Origin: Anaerolineae bacterium
GTDB lineage: Bacteria > Chloroflexota > Anaerolineae > UBA1429
Assembly (NCBI GenBank): GCA_963675785.1
Contig: OY776562.1
Location: 480,001-544,000, forward strand
Length of the DNA: 64,000 nucleotides
Reading direction: 5' to 3'
Shown: positions 9,652 through 19,741 of the stretch, piece after piece
Layout of the letters: every line of letters begins with the position of its first letter
Numbering within the stretch: the stretch's first letter is position 1
Translations under genes and position numbers: made by a program
The notes under the pieces: generated by a model
The model's database searches: none
The model's input: only the letters and a program-made list of their open reading frames with translations
Told to the model about the DNA's origin: nothing

Positions 9652-11805
9652 ATGACCATCGTAGAACAGATCGCTCAAGAACTCGGCATCAAGTCTGGGC
9701 AAGTTTCGCGAACCGTTGAACTTTTTGATGCAGGCAACACCCTTCCCTTTGTGGCGCGTTACCGCAAAGAGATGACCGGGGGGCTTGACGAGGAGCAACT
9801 TCGCTCGGTGCAGAGTCGGCTCGAGTATCTGCGGAACTTGGAGCAACGCAAAACAGCTATTCTCTCTTCTATCGAGGAACAGGGTCAATTAACCGATGAG
9901 TTGAAAGAGCGCATTCTTTCGGCTGGTGTGCTGCAAGAGGTTGAAGACCTCTATCTCCCTTATAAACCCAAGCGACGTACACGGGCAACCCAGGCGCGGG
10001 AGCGGGGCTTGGAACCTTTGGCCCAGCACATCCTTGACGGCGATATCACGCAGGGGGTTCCCTTGGAATTGGCCGCCGCGTTCATAGGCGATGAAGTACC
10101 GGATGCCGAAACCGCTCTGGCTGGCGCCCGTGACATTGTAGCCGAGGTGATGAGCGAAAACGCCGACACGCGCGGCTTGGTGCGGCGTGCTCTACGCGTT
10201 ACGGGCAAATTGATCTCCACCCGGATTAAAGATGCTGACGCCGAGGCCAAGTATGCCATGTACTATGACTATGCCGAGGATGTGCAGCACATCCCGCCGC
10301 ACCGGCTTTTGGCTCTTACTCGCGGTGAACACGAGGGCGCTCTGAATGTGTCTCTTGCTGCGGATGACGAGGGGATTCTGGAGGACGTGACTCGTAAGCA
10401 TTCCTCCGGCTCTCGCTCCATCTTTGCCGGGGCATTGCGTGAAGCGGTGGTTGATGGCTATGCCCGACTACTGCGCCCGGCGATGGAGCGTGAAATTCGC
10501 GCCGAGATGCTCGAAGTTGCTGAGCGCCATGCCATTCAGGTGTTCGGGGCCAATTTGCGCGGCCTGCTGTTGCAGGCGCCCATCGCTAATAGCAATGTAC
10601 TGGCTCTCGACCCCGGATTTCGCACGGGCTGCAAGGTGGCCGTGGTGGATTCTACAGGCAAGTATTTGGAGCACACGACCATCTACCCTCATCCGCCGCA
10701 AAATAAGCGTGATGAGGCCATGCACATACTGACCCGGTTGGCGAGACAACATGGCGTGAGCATCATCGCCATTGGTAATGGCACGGCTTCCCGCGAGACC
10801 GAGGCTATGGTGGCCGACATGATTGCTGGTGGCCTCGATGTATCGTATGTGATGGTCAGCGAGGCCGGTGCTTCGGTCTATTCGGCCTCCAAGCTGGCTC
10901 GTGAAGAGATGCCTGATCTGGATGTCTCTATACGAGGCGCTGTCTCTATTGGGCGGCGCCTGCTCGATCCTTTGAGCGAGTTGGTCAAGATCGAGCCGCG
11001 CAGCATTGGCGTGGGCCTCTATCAGCATGATGTCAACCAAAAGGCCCTGGCGGAGGCTCTGGATGACGTGGTGGAGAGCGCCGTGAACTATGTGGGTGTG
11101 GATGTGAACACGGCTTCGTCCGCTTTGCTCCAGTACGTAGCGGGTATTAACAGCCGCGTGGCTGGGGCTATTGTAGCCCACCGTGAAGCCAACGAGCCCT
11201 TTCAGCGGCGGCGTGATCTGCTCAAGGTTAAGGGACTGGGCGCCAAGTCATACGAACAGGCAGTCGGCTTTTGTCGCGTTCGTGAGGGCAGCGAGCCGCT
11301 GGATAACACCTCCATCCATCCCGAATCCTATGAGGCTTGTTATGCGCTGCTGGCTCGGTTAGGTTTGAAAAAGGGCGAAACTATTCGCTCGGAGAGTATT
11401 TCTGCCAGTTGGAGGGCGCTGTTGGATAGTGGTGTCAAACCGGCTGCACTAGTCAAAGAGTTGGGAATCGGTCTGCCTACTCTAGAGGACATGATCAAAG
11501 ATCTGCTCAAACCGGGGCGCGATCCTCGCGAAGATATGCCTCGCCCCATTCTGCGCACTGATGTGCTGACCATGCACGATCTGGCCGAGGGCATGATCTT
11601 GATGGGCACAGTGCGCAATGTGGTGGATTTTGGCGCCTTTGTCGATATCGGCGTCAAGCAGGATGGCCTGGTGCACGTCTCTGAGCTGGCTGATCACTTT
11701 GTGCAGGATCCATTGGATGTGGTCAATGTCGGCGATGTCGTCAAGGTGCGGGTCGTTTCGGTGGACGAAAAACGAGGGCGCATCGGCCTTTCGATGAGGC
11801 TATAG
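9652..11805 (+). CDS. tex: Tex family RNA-binding transcription accessory protein
   Basis: PFVARYRKE.TG, EDLYLPYK, DPGFRTGCK, GNGTASRET, EAGASVYSAS, C-terminal S1 domain. Confidence 0.95.
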   Translation: MTIVEQIAQELGIKSGQVSRTVELFDAGNTLPFVARYRKEMTGGLDEEQLRSVQSRLEYLRNLEQRKTAILSSIEEQGQLTDELKERILSAGVLQEVEDLYLPYKPKRRTRATQARERGLEPLAQHILDGDITQGVPLELAAAFIGDEVPDAETALAGARDIVAEVMSENADTRGLVRRALRVTGKLISTRIKDADAEAKYAMYYDYAEDVQHIPPHRLLALTRGEHEGALNVSLAADDEGILEDVTRKHSSGSRSIFAGALREAVVDGYARLLRPAMEREIRAEMLEVAERHAIQVFGANLRGLLLQAPIANSNVLALDPGFRTGCKVAVVDSTGKYLEHTTIYPHPPQNKRDEAMHILTRLARQHGVSIIAIGNGTASRETEAMVADMIAGGLDVSYVMVSEAGASVYSASKLAREEMPDLDVSIRGAVSIGRRLLDPLSELVKIEPRSIGVGLYQHDVNQKALAEALDDVVESAVNYVGVDVNTASSALLQYVAGINSRVAGAIVAHREANEPFQRRRDLLKVKGLGAKSYEQAVGFCRVREGSEPLDNTSIHPESYEACYALLARLGLKKGETIRSESISASWRALLDSGVKPAALVKELGIGLPTLEDMIKDLLKPGRDPREDMPRPILRTDVLTMHDLAEGMILMGTVRNVVDFGAFVDIGVKQDGLVHVSELADHFVQDPLDVVNVGDVVKVRVVSVDEKRGRIGLSMRL

Positions 11806-11832
11806 GTTTGCCCGCTGTTGTATAATGCGAAT

Positions 11833-14800
11833 ATGACAAACGATGATCTGAGCGTACTCGATGGCTTTTTGCCTGCCACGCGCAGGTGGTTTGAGGATAC
11901 CTATGGCCAGCCTACGCCACCTCAGGCGATGGGCTGGCCTGCTATTCGGTGCGGCGAAAACACACTGATCCTCTCGCCCACGGGCTCTGGCAAGACCATG
12001 ACGGCCTTTTTATGGGGCATCGATAGCTTGTTTCGAGAGCTGCGTGCTGATCCCACGATGGAGGAGACACACCTTCTCTATATCTCGCCGCTCAAGGCCC
12101 TCAACAATGATATCGAACGCAACCTGCGGGCGCCGTTACGCGGTATTCGCCAGGCCTGGCCGGTCGGCGAGGTGGCCCCCACTGTGCGTACGGCGGTGCG
12201 TACTGGCGATACGCCCCAGTCCGAGCGACGCCAAATGGTCGCCCATCCGCCACACATTCTTATCACCACGCCCGAGTCGCTCTATCTGATCCTTACCAGC
12301 CCTCGTGCTCGCGAAATACTGGGCACGGTGCGCACCGTTATTTTGGATGAGATTCACACGTTGGTGGGTACCAAACGGGGCGCTCATTTATCCCTTTCTC
12401 TAGAGCGCCTGCAGGCGCTTACTGCGAATGAATTCCAGCGCATCGGCCTCTCGGCCACCCAGCGCCCTCTGGAAGAAGTGGCCCGGTTCCTTGGTGGTCA
12501 GCAGTGGGTGGAGCACGATGGCGTACCCGAACTGGTTGAACGCCCTGTGACCATTGTGGATGCCGGCGTGCTCAAGGCTATGGAGTTGCAGGTCGTGACG
12601 GTGCCTCCGGACTTGCGCAAGCTGCCGGGCGGCTCGATATGGCCTAGCCTCATCCCCAGTGTGCTCAATGATATACGTTGCCACGGCACGACGCTGGTGT
12701 TCACCAATTCTCGCCGTGCGGCTGAGCGTGCCGCTGATCGACTCAATGAACAATACGCCCAAGAAGAGGAAGAGGTGATTCCTCCCGGCTCTCCCGAGGG
12801 GCTCATCAAAGATGGCGTAGCCGTGGCCGGCGGCATGTTTGGCACCGGGCGCGTGGGCGGGCCCTTTAGGGCGCACCACGGCTCGGTCTCGCGTGAGATT
12901 CGCCTGGAGCTGGAGCAGAGCCTCAAAGAGGGCAAACTGCCGGCCCTCATCGGCACTAGCTCTCTGGAGCTGGGTATCGATATCGGCTCGGTGGATTTGG
13001 TGGTTCAGCTACAATCGCCCCACAGTGTTGCTCAGGGGCTACAGCGTATTGGCCGTGCGGGCCACCTGGTGGGTCAGACCAGCAAAGGACGCTTTTATGC
13101 CACGTTTCCTGAGGATTTGTTGGATACGGCGGCTGTGGCCCAGGGCATGGTCAGCGGCGACATTGAGCCCACGTATGCACCGCAAAACTGTTTGGATGTG
13201 CTAGCCCAGCAGCTTGTGGCCATGGTCTCCATCCAGGATTACGCTGCCGACGACGCCTACAAGCTGGCCTGCCAGGCCTATGGCTATGCCAACCTGCCCC
13301 GAGCTGCTTTTGATTCCGTACTAGAAATGCTCTCGGGCCGTTTCAAGAGCCAAGTCTATCGGGATCTTGTGCCGCGATTCATGTGGGACGAAACTACTGA
13401 TATGCTTCGGGCTCTGCCTGGCACACGCATGGTGGCCCTCAACAACGCGGGCACCATCACCACGCGAGGCCTCTTCAATGTGTATACAGCGGATGGCCAG
13501 ACTCAGCTAGGCACGCTGGACGAAGAATTTGTTCACGAATCCCACACTGGCGATATTTTCTCGTTGGGCACGGGCATCTGGCGGGTGGTCGATATCAACG
13601 AGAACCGCGTGTTGGTTACCAGTTCGCCCGGCGGTTTGCCGCGTATGCCCTTTTGGCATGGCGAAAGTCCCCGCCGCGAGTATTACGCTGGTTGCCGCTT
13701 TGGGGCCCTGCGCCGCCGCATCGCTGAACGACTGGAGGGACTTTCTCCCGTCCCCGATTCCCCGGCTGAGCCCTGGTCGCCTGCTTTTGCGGGCCTGCTC
13801 AGTTGGTTGCAGAACGAATACCGCATGGATGAGCGTTCGGCCAAGAATGCCGCGGCATATGTGGGGCATCAGATCGAGGCCACCGGCGCCATCTCTTCCG
13901 ATGAAGCCATTCTGGTAGAGCGTTTTGCCGACGCTTTGGGTGAGCAGCGTATGGTCATCCATTCCTGCTTTGGCGCTCGGGTGAACGCTGCCTGGGGCAT
14001 GGCCCTATCTCACGCCATGCGTGAGCGCTATCGCATCGACATTGAAACACAGGTCAATGACGATGGCATCCTCTTCCGGCTGGTGGGCGGAGACCACGAT
14101 TTGCCCCTTGATCTGGTCATGGACATGGGCGCCGACGAAGCCCGTCGCCGCATTTTGCTCGATCTGCCCGATACGGCTCTCTTTGGCAGCCAATTCCGCA
14201 TGAATGCTGAGCGCGCCCTGCTACTTCCCCGCGCCCGTGCCGGCCAGCGCACGCCTTTCTGGTTGCAGCGTCTTCGCGCCCGTGACTTGATGGCTGCCGT
14301 TCGCCAGATGACAGATTTTCCCATCATTGCTGAGACCTATCGCGACTGTCTCACCGATGTGCTCGATCTGACCCATTTGCAAGAGCTACTGGAGCTCGTT
14401 CATTCTGGCGCGGTCAAAGTCAGTCAGATCGAATCGGTGGTGCCTTCGCCGGTGGCTACCAGCTTGCTGTTCGATTTCACCGAGCAGCACATGTACGAGG
14501 GCGATATGCCTCGGCTGGAGCGGCAGATGCAGATGCTGTCGCTCAACCGTGAACTGCTGGCAGAGCTGGTGGATGACGGATCACTGAGCGAGTTACTGCG
14601 TCCCGAGATCATTCGCGCGGTAGAGGCCGAATTGCAGCACACCGCTGAACAGTATCATGCTCGATCTCGTGAAGAGTTGGCCTACATTATTCAGGTGTTG
14701 GGCGATTTAAGCACTGCCGAGGTATTGGCTCGGTCTGGCGAAGAGGGGTTGATCTGGCTGGACGAGCTGGCTGCTGAAGGGCGCATCGTGCCGCTGCCCC

Positions 14801-16464
14801 TTGGTTCTATCACGGCTCGCGAGAACCGCTGGGTGGATGCCAGTGCCCTGCGAACCTACCATGATGTCGTGGACACCGCCTCTCACGACCACGCGTCCGC
14901 TTTGGAGCGCCTATTGCGTAACTATGCCCAGAATCATGGCCCCTTTGAGGCCGAGGATTTGCTGGTTCGCTATCCTCTGGGCCTGAGCGAGGTCGAACAC
15001 GTTGTCGGCGAGTTATTGAACGAAGGCGTGTTGGTCAAGGGGCAGATTCTGCCTGGCGGGGGCACCCAATTGTGTGATCGACGCGTGTTGGAGCGGCTGC
15101 ACCGCCAAACCCTTTCGGCTCTGCGGCGTGAGGCCGAGTCGGTCGATCTCGATCGCTTTGCTGCTTATTTGTTGCATTGGCAGGGTTTGCTGGGCGAAGA
15201 ATTGGAAGATGAGGCCGTCTTAGCCCAGTTGGCCGGGTTGCCCCTGCCGCTGATTGTTTGGCTGCGCGATGTATTGCCGGCCCGCGGCATCAACGAGGGC
15301 TTGGCCTTTATCAATGCGCAACTGGCCAGTGGCGATTACCTGTGGATGGCTCAGGGCAACCCTGCTGGTCGTGTGGATGTTTGCTTCATGCCCCGCCGCG
15401 AGTTTGCGACGCTATCGTTGCAGCAAAAACCGCTGCAATCCCTCACGTCGTCAGCTGCACAGCTTTGGGGGGAACTACAGGGGAAGGGTGCGATCTTTTT
15501 CGATGAATTGGCCAACCTGAGCGGCCTGGGCACGGCGGAATTACGGCAAGCCATGGTCGAGCTGGTCTGTGCCGGGCGGCTCTCCAGCGATCGGCTCGAT
15601 GGCTTGAGTGCTCTCCTTGAAAGTCAGGGAACTCAACTCAAGGAGACTAATCCGTTGGGCAGCTCGTTGGAACGTGATTTGCAGGCCTGGCGTTCGCAGC
15701 GGCAGGCGACACGCCCTGTGGGCGTGCGTCCACCGCGTAGCACCCTTGCTGCGGCACGGCGAGCCGTGAACGAGCGGATGCCCGCGGCTAGCATAACTCT
15801 CCCGGGGCGTTGGTGGGTTCTGCCCGATAGAGGATCCAACTTGAGCGAGGTAAATGAGGCTGTGGCCTGGCAGCTTTTGGAGCGTCATGGTGTGGTTTGT
15901 CGCCCTCTGTTAGCCCATGAAGGCGACGGCTGGCAGCGTAGCGACCTCTATTTGCTGCTCTATCGTTTGGAACTGATGGGCCGGGTGCGGCGCGGCTATT
16001 TGGTTTCGGGCTTGGGCGGGGTGCAGTATGCTCTGCCAGAGGCTATCGAGTTGCTGCGTGAGGCGCAGGATAGCGAGGCGCTGGTTTGCCTGAACGCCTG
16101 TGACCCTGCTAGCCTGGTGGGTTTGTCGTTGGCCGATGGCTCGCGCCCCGAACGAGGCATTGAGAATGAACTTGCTCGCATTCCTGCCAATTATGTGGTT
16201 TATCAAGATGGACGGGCGATCCTCACTTATGAACACGGTAGCAAACGCTGGCGTGCTGCGGAGGGCCTTCCCGACGAAACCCTCGATGAAGCGGTGCTGC
16301 AATTGCGACGCCTGCTGCTCAAGCCGAATGGGCTGGAGAGCGACTCGGGACGGGTGATCATTGGCTATTGGGGTGACGAGCGCCCAGTGGGCTCATTCAG
16401 AGAAGACCATCTGCAGGCCCTTGGTTTTCGTCGTGAGGCTGTGGAAATGATCTGGGAGGCCTGA
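11833..16464 (+). CDS. lhr: Long Lhr SF2 helicase with C-terminal winged-helix/glycosylase-associated region
   Basis: PTPPQ, PTGSGKT, SPLKAL, TTPESL, DEIH, SAT, HHGS, SLELGID, QRIGRAGH. Long C-terminal region (RGY.V.GLGG.QYA, A.DPA). Confidence 0.93.
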   Translation: MTNDDLSVLDGFLPATRRWFEDTYGQPTPPQAMGWPAIRCGENTLILSPTGSGKTMTAFLWGIDSLFRELRADPTMEETHLLYISPLKALNNDIERNLRAPLRGIRQAWPVGEVAPTVRTAVRTGDTPQSERRQMVAHPPHILITTPESLYLILTSPRAREILGTVRTVILDEIHTLVGTKRGAHLSLSLERLQALTANEFQRIGLSATQRPLEEVARFLGGQQWVEHDGVPELVERPVTIVDAGVLKAMELQVVTVPPDLRKLPGGSIWPSLIPSVLNDIRCHGTTLVFTNSRRAAERAADRLNEQYAQEEEEVIPPGSPEGLIKDGVAVAGGMFGTGRVGGPFRAHHGSVSREIRLELEQSLKEGKLPALIGTSSLELGIDIGSVDLVVQLQSPHSVAQGLQRIGRAGHLVGQTSKGRFYATFPEDLLDTAAVAQGMVSGDIEPTYAPQNCLDVLAQQLVAMVSIQDYAADDAYKLACQAYGYANLPRAAFDSVLEMLSGRFKSQVYRDLVPRFMWDETTDMLRALPGTRMVALNNAGTITTRGLFNVYTADGQTQLGTLDEEFVHESHTGDIFSLGTGIWRVVDINENRVLVTSSPGGLPRMPFWHGESPRREYYAGCRFGALRRRIAERLEGLSPVPDSPAEPWSPAFAGLLSWLQNEYRMDERSAKNAAAYVGHQIEATGAISSDEAILVERFADALGEQRMVIHSCFGARVNAAWGMALSHAMRERYRIDIETQVNDDGILFRLVGGDHDLPLDLVMDMGADEARRRILLDLPDTALFGSQFRMNAERALLLPRARAGQRTPFWLQRLRARDLMAAVRQMTDFPIIAETYRDCLTDVLDLTHLQELLELVHSGAVKVSQIESVVPSPVATSLLFDFTEQHMYEGDMPRLERQMQMLSLNRELLAELVDDGSLSELLRPEIIRAVEAELQHTAEQYHARSREELAYIIQVLGDLSTAEVLARSGEEGLIWLDELAAEGRIVPLPLGSITARENRWVDASALRTYHDVVDTASHDHASALERLLRNYAQNHGPFEAEDLLVRYPLGLSEVEHVVGELLNEGVLVKGQILPGGGTQLCDRRVLERLHRQTLSALRREAESVDLDRFAAYLLHWQGLLGEELEDEAVLAQLAGLPLPLIVWLRDVLPARGINEGLAFINAQLASGDYLWMAQGNPAGRVDVCFMPRREFATLSLQQKPLQSLTSSAAQLWGELQGKGAIFFDELANLSGLGTAELRQAMVELVCAGRLSSDRLDGLSALLESQGTQLKETNPLGSSLERDLQAWRSQRQATRPVGVRPPRSTLAAARRAVNERMPAASITLPGRWWVLPDRGSNLSEVNEAVAWQLLERHGVVCRPLLAHEGDGWQRSDLYLLLYRLELMGRVRRGYLVSGLGGVQYALPEAIELLREAQDSEALVCLNACDPASLVGLSLADGSRPERGIENELARIPANYVVYQDGRAILTYEHGSKRWRAAEGLPDETLDEAVLQLRRLLLKPNGLESDSGRVIIGYWGDERPVGSFREDHLQALGFRREAVEMIWEA

Positions 16465-16467
16465 TAG

Positions 16468-16505
16468 TGAAAAAGGCCCTGATCGCATGATCAGGGCCTT
16501 TTTCA
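16468..16505. terminator. Bidirectional terminator
   Basis: TGAAAAAGGCCCTGATC/GATCAGGGCCTTTTTCA perfect inverted repeat. Confidence 0.88.
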
Positions 16506-16516
16506 ATGTTTGCAGC

Positions 16517-17314
16517 CTAGCGTTCTGTAATGAGATCATCTTCAGTGAACGAGGCATTCATATCGAGGGCCAGATCACCCGGCCTGGCCGCTGCCAGCAC
16601 GAATCGTTCTGAAGCGGTTTGCGGCCCCCGCGAATAAGCATCTATGAGGGTGGGGATATCCTCTTGAACAATCTCATGACGCATCGCAGTATCTGTCAGG
16701 CGGGCGGCCATATTGCGAATCGAGTTCACCGTATCTTCGAGCCAAGCATCGTTGAGCGCATAACCGGGCAAGAAGGAGATATCCAGATCATCAAAACCAA
16801 CGCGCCGCAGGGAGCGGGCGGCTTCGGTTAGGTCGACATCGATGGCCACCGGGCGGTGCAGCGCATCGCCCAGTTTGCGCACAATGCGATTGCGTTCTAT
16901 CCAGGCGGCAGAGCGTTCGGGGTCAATTGGGGCAATGATATCCGATATGCGTACGCGCCCGCCGGGCACAAGAACGCGCCAGACTATTTCAAAAAAGGCA
17001 TCTACATGGTTAATCGGCACTTCGCGCAGCACGCCGTTCACGACGATCAGATCTACTGTTTGGGTGGCAAAGGGTATTTCTCGCGGTCGGCCTTGCATAC
17101 AAACGACGGGCCCCTCGCTTTTGAGGGACTCTAGCTGTTGGAGACGTCGCAAACTATATTCAACTACCACCAGGTTGCCTTGCGAAGCGGCAGCTTGTCT
17201 GTTGAGCACCTCGATCAGACGTCCTGTGCCCACGCCCAGAACTAGAGTTAGCCCCGAAAAGTCGACGCCGCGCCAGGAGCCATTTTGTGTCCCAGTATTC
17301 TCTTCCATATCCAT
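16517..17314 (-). CDS. Class I SAM-dependent methyltransferase-fold protein
   Basis: LGVGTG motif I, IPF...TVDLIV, RVLVPGG..I.D motifs. Confidence 0.75.
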   Translation of the reverse strand: MDMEENTGTQNGSWRGVDFSGLTLVLGVGTGRLIEVLNRQAAASQGNLVVVEYSLRRLQQLESLKSEGPVVCMQGRPREIPFATQTVDLIVVNGVLREVPINHVDAFFEIVWRVLVPGGRVRISDIIAPIDPERSAAWIERNRIVRKLGDALHRPVAIDVDLTEAARSLRRVGFDDLDISFLPGYALNDAWLEDTVNSIRNMAARLTDTAMRHEIVQEDIPTLIDAYSRGPQTASERFVLAAARPGDLALDMNASFTEDDLITER

Positions 17315-17320
17315 GGGGGC

Positions 17321-17349
17321 AGTCTAATAAGACAGGCAAAAAGCGTCAA
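17321..17349 (-). promoter_or_regulatory. Sigma-70-type promoter, probably giving a leaderless mRNA
   Basis: Minus strand TTGACG-17 nt-TAGACT, then 6 nt, then the ATG. No SD sequence. Confidence 0.6.
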
Positions 17350-17460
17350 ATCATAGCTTATCCATCCAGCGGCAGTTGACTTGCGCAGCAAGAGTTTGAC
17401 TTGCTGTAGTATATGCTCTAGCATTGAGCAATTGTTTTGATGGATATAGAGGGGGAAGTG

Positions 17461-17835
17461 ATGGCTATTTTGCATTCGCACCATTTTGCACTCAAAACGC
17501 CCAACTATCAGGCACTCAAAACTTTTTACACAGAGACACTCGGTTTTGATATCGTTGGAACCATACCTGGCAAGGATATCGTCTTTATCGATCTGGGCGG
17601 CACAACCATCGAACTGATTTCGACCGATGCAGAACTTTGCCCCAAATGTGCTACGGGACTTGTGCATATGGCTTTTGAGGTAGATGATGTTGATGCGACT
17701 TTTGAAGATCTCAAGTCCAAAGGCGTCGTCTTTCATGTTGCGCCCAAGGGTATGGGTGACATTCGCATGTGCTTTTTCACAGATCCGGATGGTAACGAGT
17801 TAGAACTCTTTAAGAGCCCGTCGCTGGCCTGGTAA
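17461..17835 (+). CDS. VOC/glyoxalase family protein
   Basis: H.AL, FYTETLG, IELI, HMAFEVDD, FFTDPDGNELEL. Confidence 0.9.
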   Translation: MAILHSHHFALKTPNYQALKTFYTETLGFDIVGTIPGKDIVFIDLGGTTIELISTDAELCPKCATGLVHMAFEVDDVDATFEDLKSKGVVFHVAPKGMGDIRMCFFTDPDGNELELFKSPSLAW

Positions 17836-17853
17836 CAGCGTGTTCTAGGCATT

Positions 17854-17890
17854 GAGGGGCAAGTGTGCTCTACGTGCTTGCCCCTTGTTT
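17854..17890 (+). terminator. Intrinsic terminator
   Basis: GAGGGGCAAG/CTTGCCCCTT inverted repeat followed by GTTT. Confidence 0.65.
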
Positions 17891-17961
17891 ACATCTGTCT
17901 TGGCGAGAGTGCTGTGGGCGCACGTTTACATGAGCGTTCGTTGCATATAAAGGGGTAGCAA

Positions 17962-18780
17962 ATGCCGATCCAAAAGGTTTTTTCCCGAGACGCGACCTAC
18001 CAGAAATTCGAGGTTCTAAAAACCAACAGGAACAAACGGCATCGCTATGGCCTGTTCTTTGTCGAAGGTGTTCGGAATATTAATGGGGCTATCAAAAATG
18101 GATGGCACATTGTTTCCTTTGTGTATACACGGCAAGTCAGATTTTCGGATTGGGCCACAGGTCTTTTGGAAAACGTCAAAACCAACATCAACTATGAACT
18201 GCCTGTCGAACTGATGGCTGCTTTGAGTGACAAAACGGATACTTCCGAGCTATTGGCCATTGTCGAGATGCGGGATGATGACCCCTCTCTTTTACGCTTT
18301 TCCAAGAACCCTATTTTGGCGCTGCTGGATAGGCCTTCAAACAAGGGAAACCTGGGCACGATGATCCGTTCCTGCGATGCCCTGGGCGTAGATGCAGTGG
18401 TTATTGCGGGTCATGCCGTTGACCTCTATGATCCCGAAGTCATTGCCGCTTCGACGGGCTCGTTCTTTCGGGTGCCAATTATTCGTATTGCCGAAAACAG
18501 CGCCGTCGAAGCCTTTGTACAAAGAATCAAATCGGAATATCCGGGGTTCAAGACGATTGGTACTACCGCCCATGCCGAACGTCCTATCTCTGATATCGAT
18601 ATGACGGGGCCGGTCATGCTCATGATTGGCAACGAAGCGGTTGGTTTGAGCCAGGCCTTTAAAGAAAGCTGCGATGCCCTGGCAGTGATTCCGATGAGTC
18701 CCGAGTCTTCTGCTACGTCTTTGAACATTAGCTGCGCTGCCAGCATCATGTTTTATGAGGTAAACCGGCAGAGGAGTTAG
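17962..18780 (+). CDS. TrmH/SpoU family RNA 2'-O-methyltransferase
   Basis: FFVEG, GNLGTMIRS, IGNE..G and SLN.S SPOUT motifs. Confidence 0.9.
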   Translation: MPIQKVFSRDATYQKFEVLKTNRNKRHRYGLFFVEGVRNINGAIKNGWHIVSFVYTRQVRFSDWATGLLENVKTNINYELPVELMAALSDKTDTSELLAIVEMRDDDPSLLRFSKNPILALLDRPSNKGNLGTMIRSCDALGVDAVVIAGHAVDLYDPEVIAASTGSFFRVPIIRIAENSAVEAFVQRIKSEYPGFKTIGTTAHAERPISDIDMTGPVMLMIGNEAVGLSQAFKESCDALAVIPMSPESSATSLNISCAASIMFYEVNRQRS

Positions 18781-18813
18781 TAGGTTGGCCAGGCCGAATG
18801 GCTGGGAGGCGAC

Positions 18814-18845
18814 AAAAAGCCGCAAGTTTCTGACTTGCGGCTTTA
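18814..18845. terminator. Bidirectional terminator
   Basis: AAAGCCGCAAGT/ACTTGCGGCTTT inverted repeat between convergent genes. Confidence 0.8.
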
Positions 18846-18871
18846 ATGTTGGACTTGTACGCGTTTGTTTT

Positions 18872-19711
18872 CTAGATGCTTGCTGGCCAGATACGATCCA
18901 GAGAAAGGGCCGTTTCTTTGACGGCTTGCTCAGGGGCCATGCCCTTGAGCCGTTTGCAGAAAGGTTCGACCACCACGGGACCGCTATAGTCCATCTCGAC
19001 CAGGGCCCCCATGAATGTGCCAAAATCAATGATGCCGGATTCGCCTGGCATGGTGCGCACCAGGTCCTCCTGCTCTTCGCGAGAGACGCCGGCGATGGCA
19101 TCGTTCACGTGCACCAGCACTACCAGATTATCATTGAGCAGGCTCAGATCAGCGGCAGTTCCGGCCGAGGTATACCAGTGGAAAGCATCCAGTAAAAAGC
19201 CCAGGTTGGGCATATCCACTGCCTCAATGACCGAAAGCATACCCTTGATGTCATAGACAAAGGGATTGGGATTGGCCTTGCGGAGCGTTTCTGGGCCGAT
19301 GAATTCGAGGCCAAAGTGCAGATCATACTTGGCCAATACCTCACAGATGCGGTGCATCCGTGGCACGAGCTGCTCAAAGCGTTCTTTGTAGGCCAGTGTC
19401 TCATGGAAGGGTCTGATCCATGTCACCACACGCGTGCCGCCAGCCGCAGCAAAGCACTCGGCGTATTCCGGTAGCTTGGCCATGGTTGTCTCAAAGGCCT
19501 CAGCGCTATGGTCATAGTCGACGGGCATGGAAGTAACCCCAGCCTTGAGGCCGTATCTTCCCAAAATCCGGAGGATTTTCTCGACCCCTAGCTGCTCCAT
19601 GTCCTCAGCCTCTAGTGAGAGAGCATGAAAGCCATAGGCAGCAGCAAGCTCGGCAGCCTTTTCAAAGGAAACATCCACGTTGATAGGACCAGTTGCGAGT
19701 TCTCGATACAC
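18872..19711 (-). CDS. Sugar phosphate isomerase/epimerase (xylose-isomerase-like TIM barrel)
   Basis: GLEF, LLDAFHW, VHVND, PGE.G.ID, GPVVVEPF metal-site motifs. GTG start with GGAGG. Confidence 0.88.
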   Translation of the reverse strand: MYRELATGPINVDVSFEKAAELAAAYGFHALSLEAEDMEQLGVEKILRILGRYGLKAGVTSMPVDYDHSAEAFETTMAKLPEYAECFAAAGGTRVVTWIRPFHETLAYKERFEQLVPRMHRICEVLAKYDLHFGLEFIGPETLRKANPNPFVYDIKGMLSVIEAVDMPNLGFLLDAFHWYTSAGTAADLSLLNDNLVVLVHVNDAIAGVSREEQEDLVRTMPGESGIIDFGTFMGALVEMDYSGPVVVEPFCKRLKGMAPEQAVKETALSLDRIWPASI

Positions 19712-19741
19712 GTGTCACCTCCCGGTTAAGAGCCCAATGTA

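Noticed and set aside
17376-17404. TTGACTTGC direct repeat with 20-bp spacing upstream of the VOC gene
   Set aside because: Only two copies, each doubling as a possible -35 element; not enough to call a regulator site.
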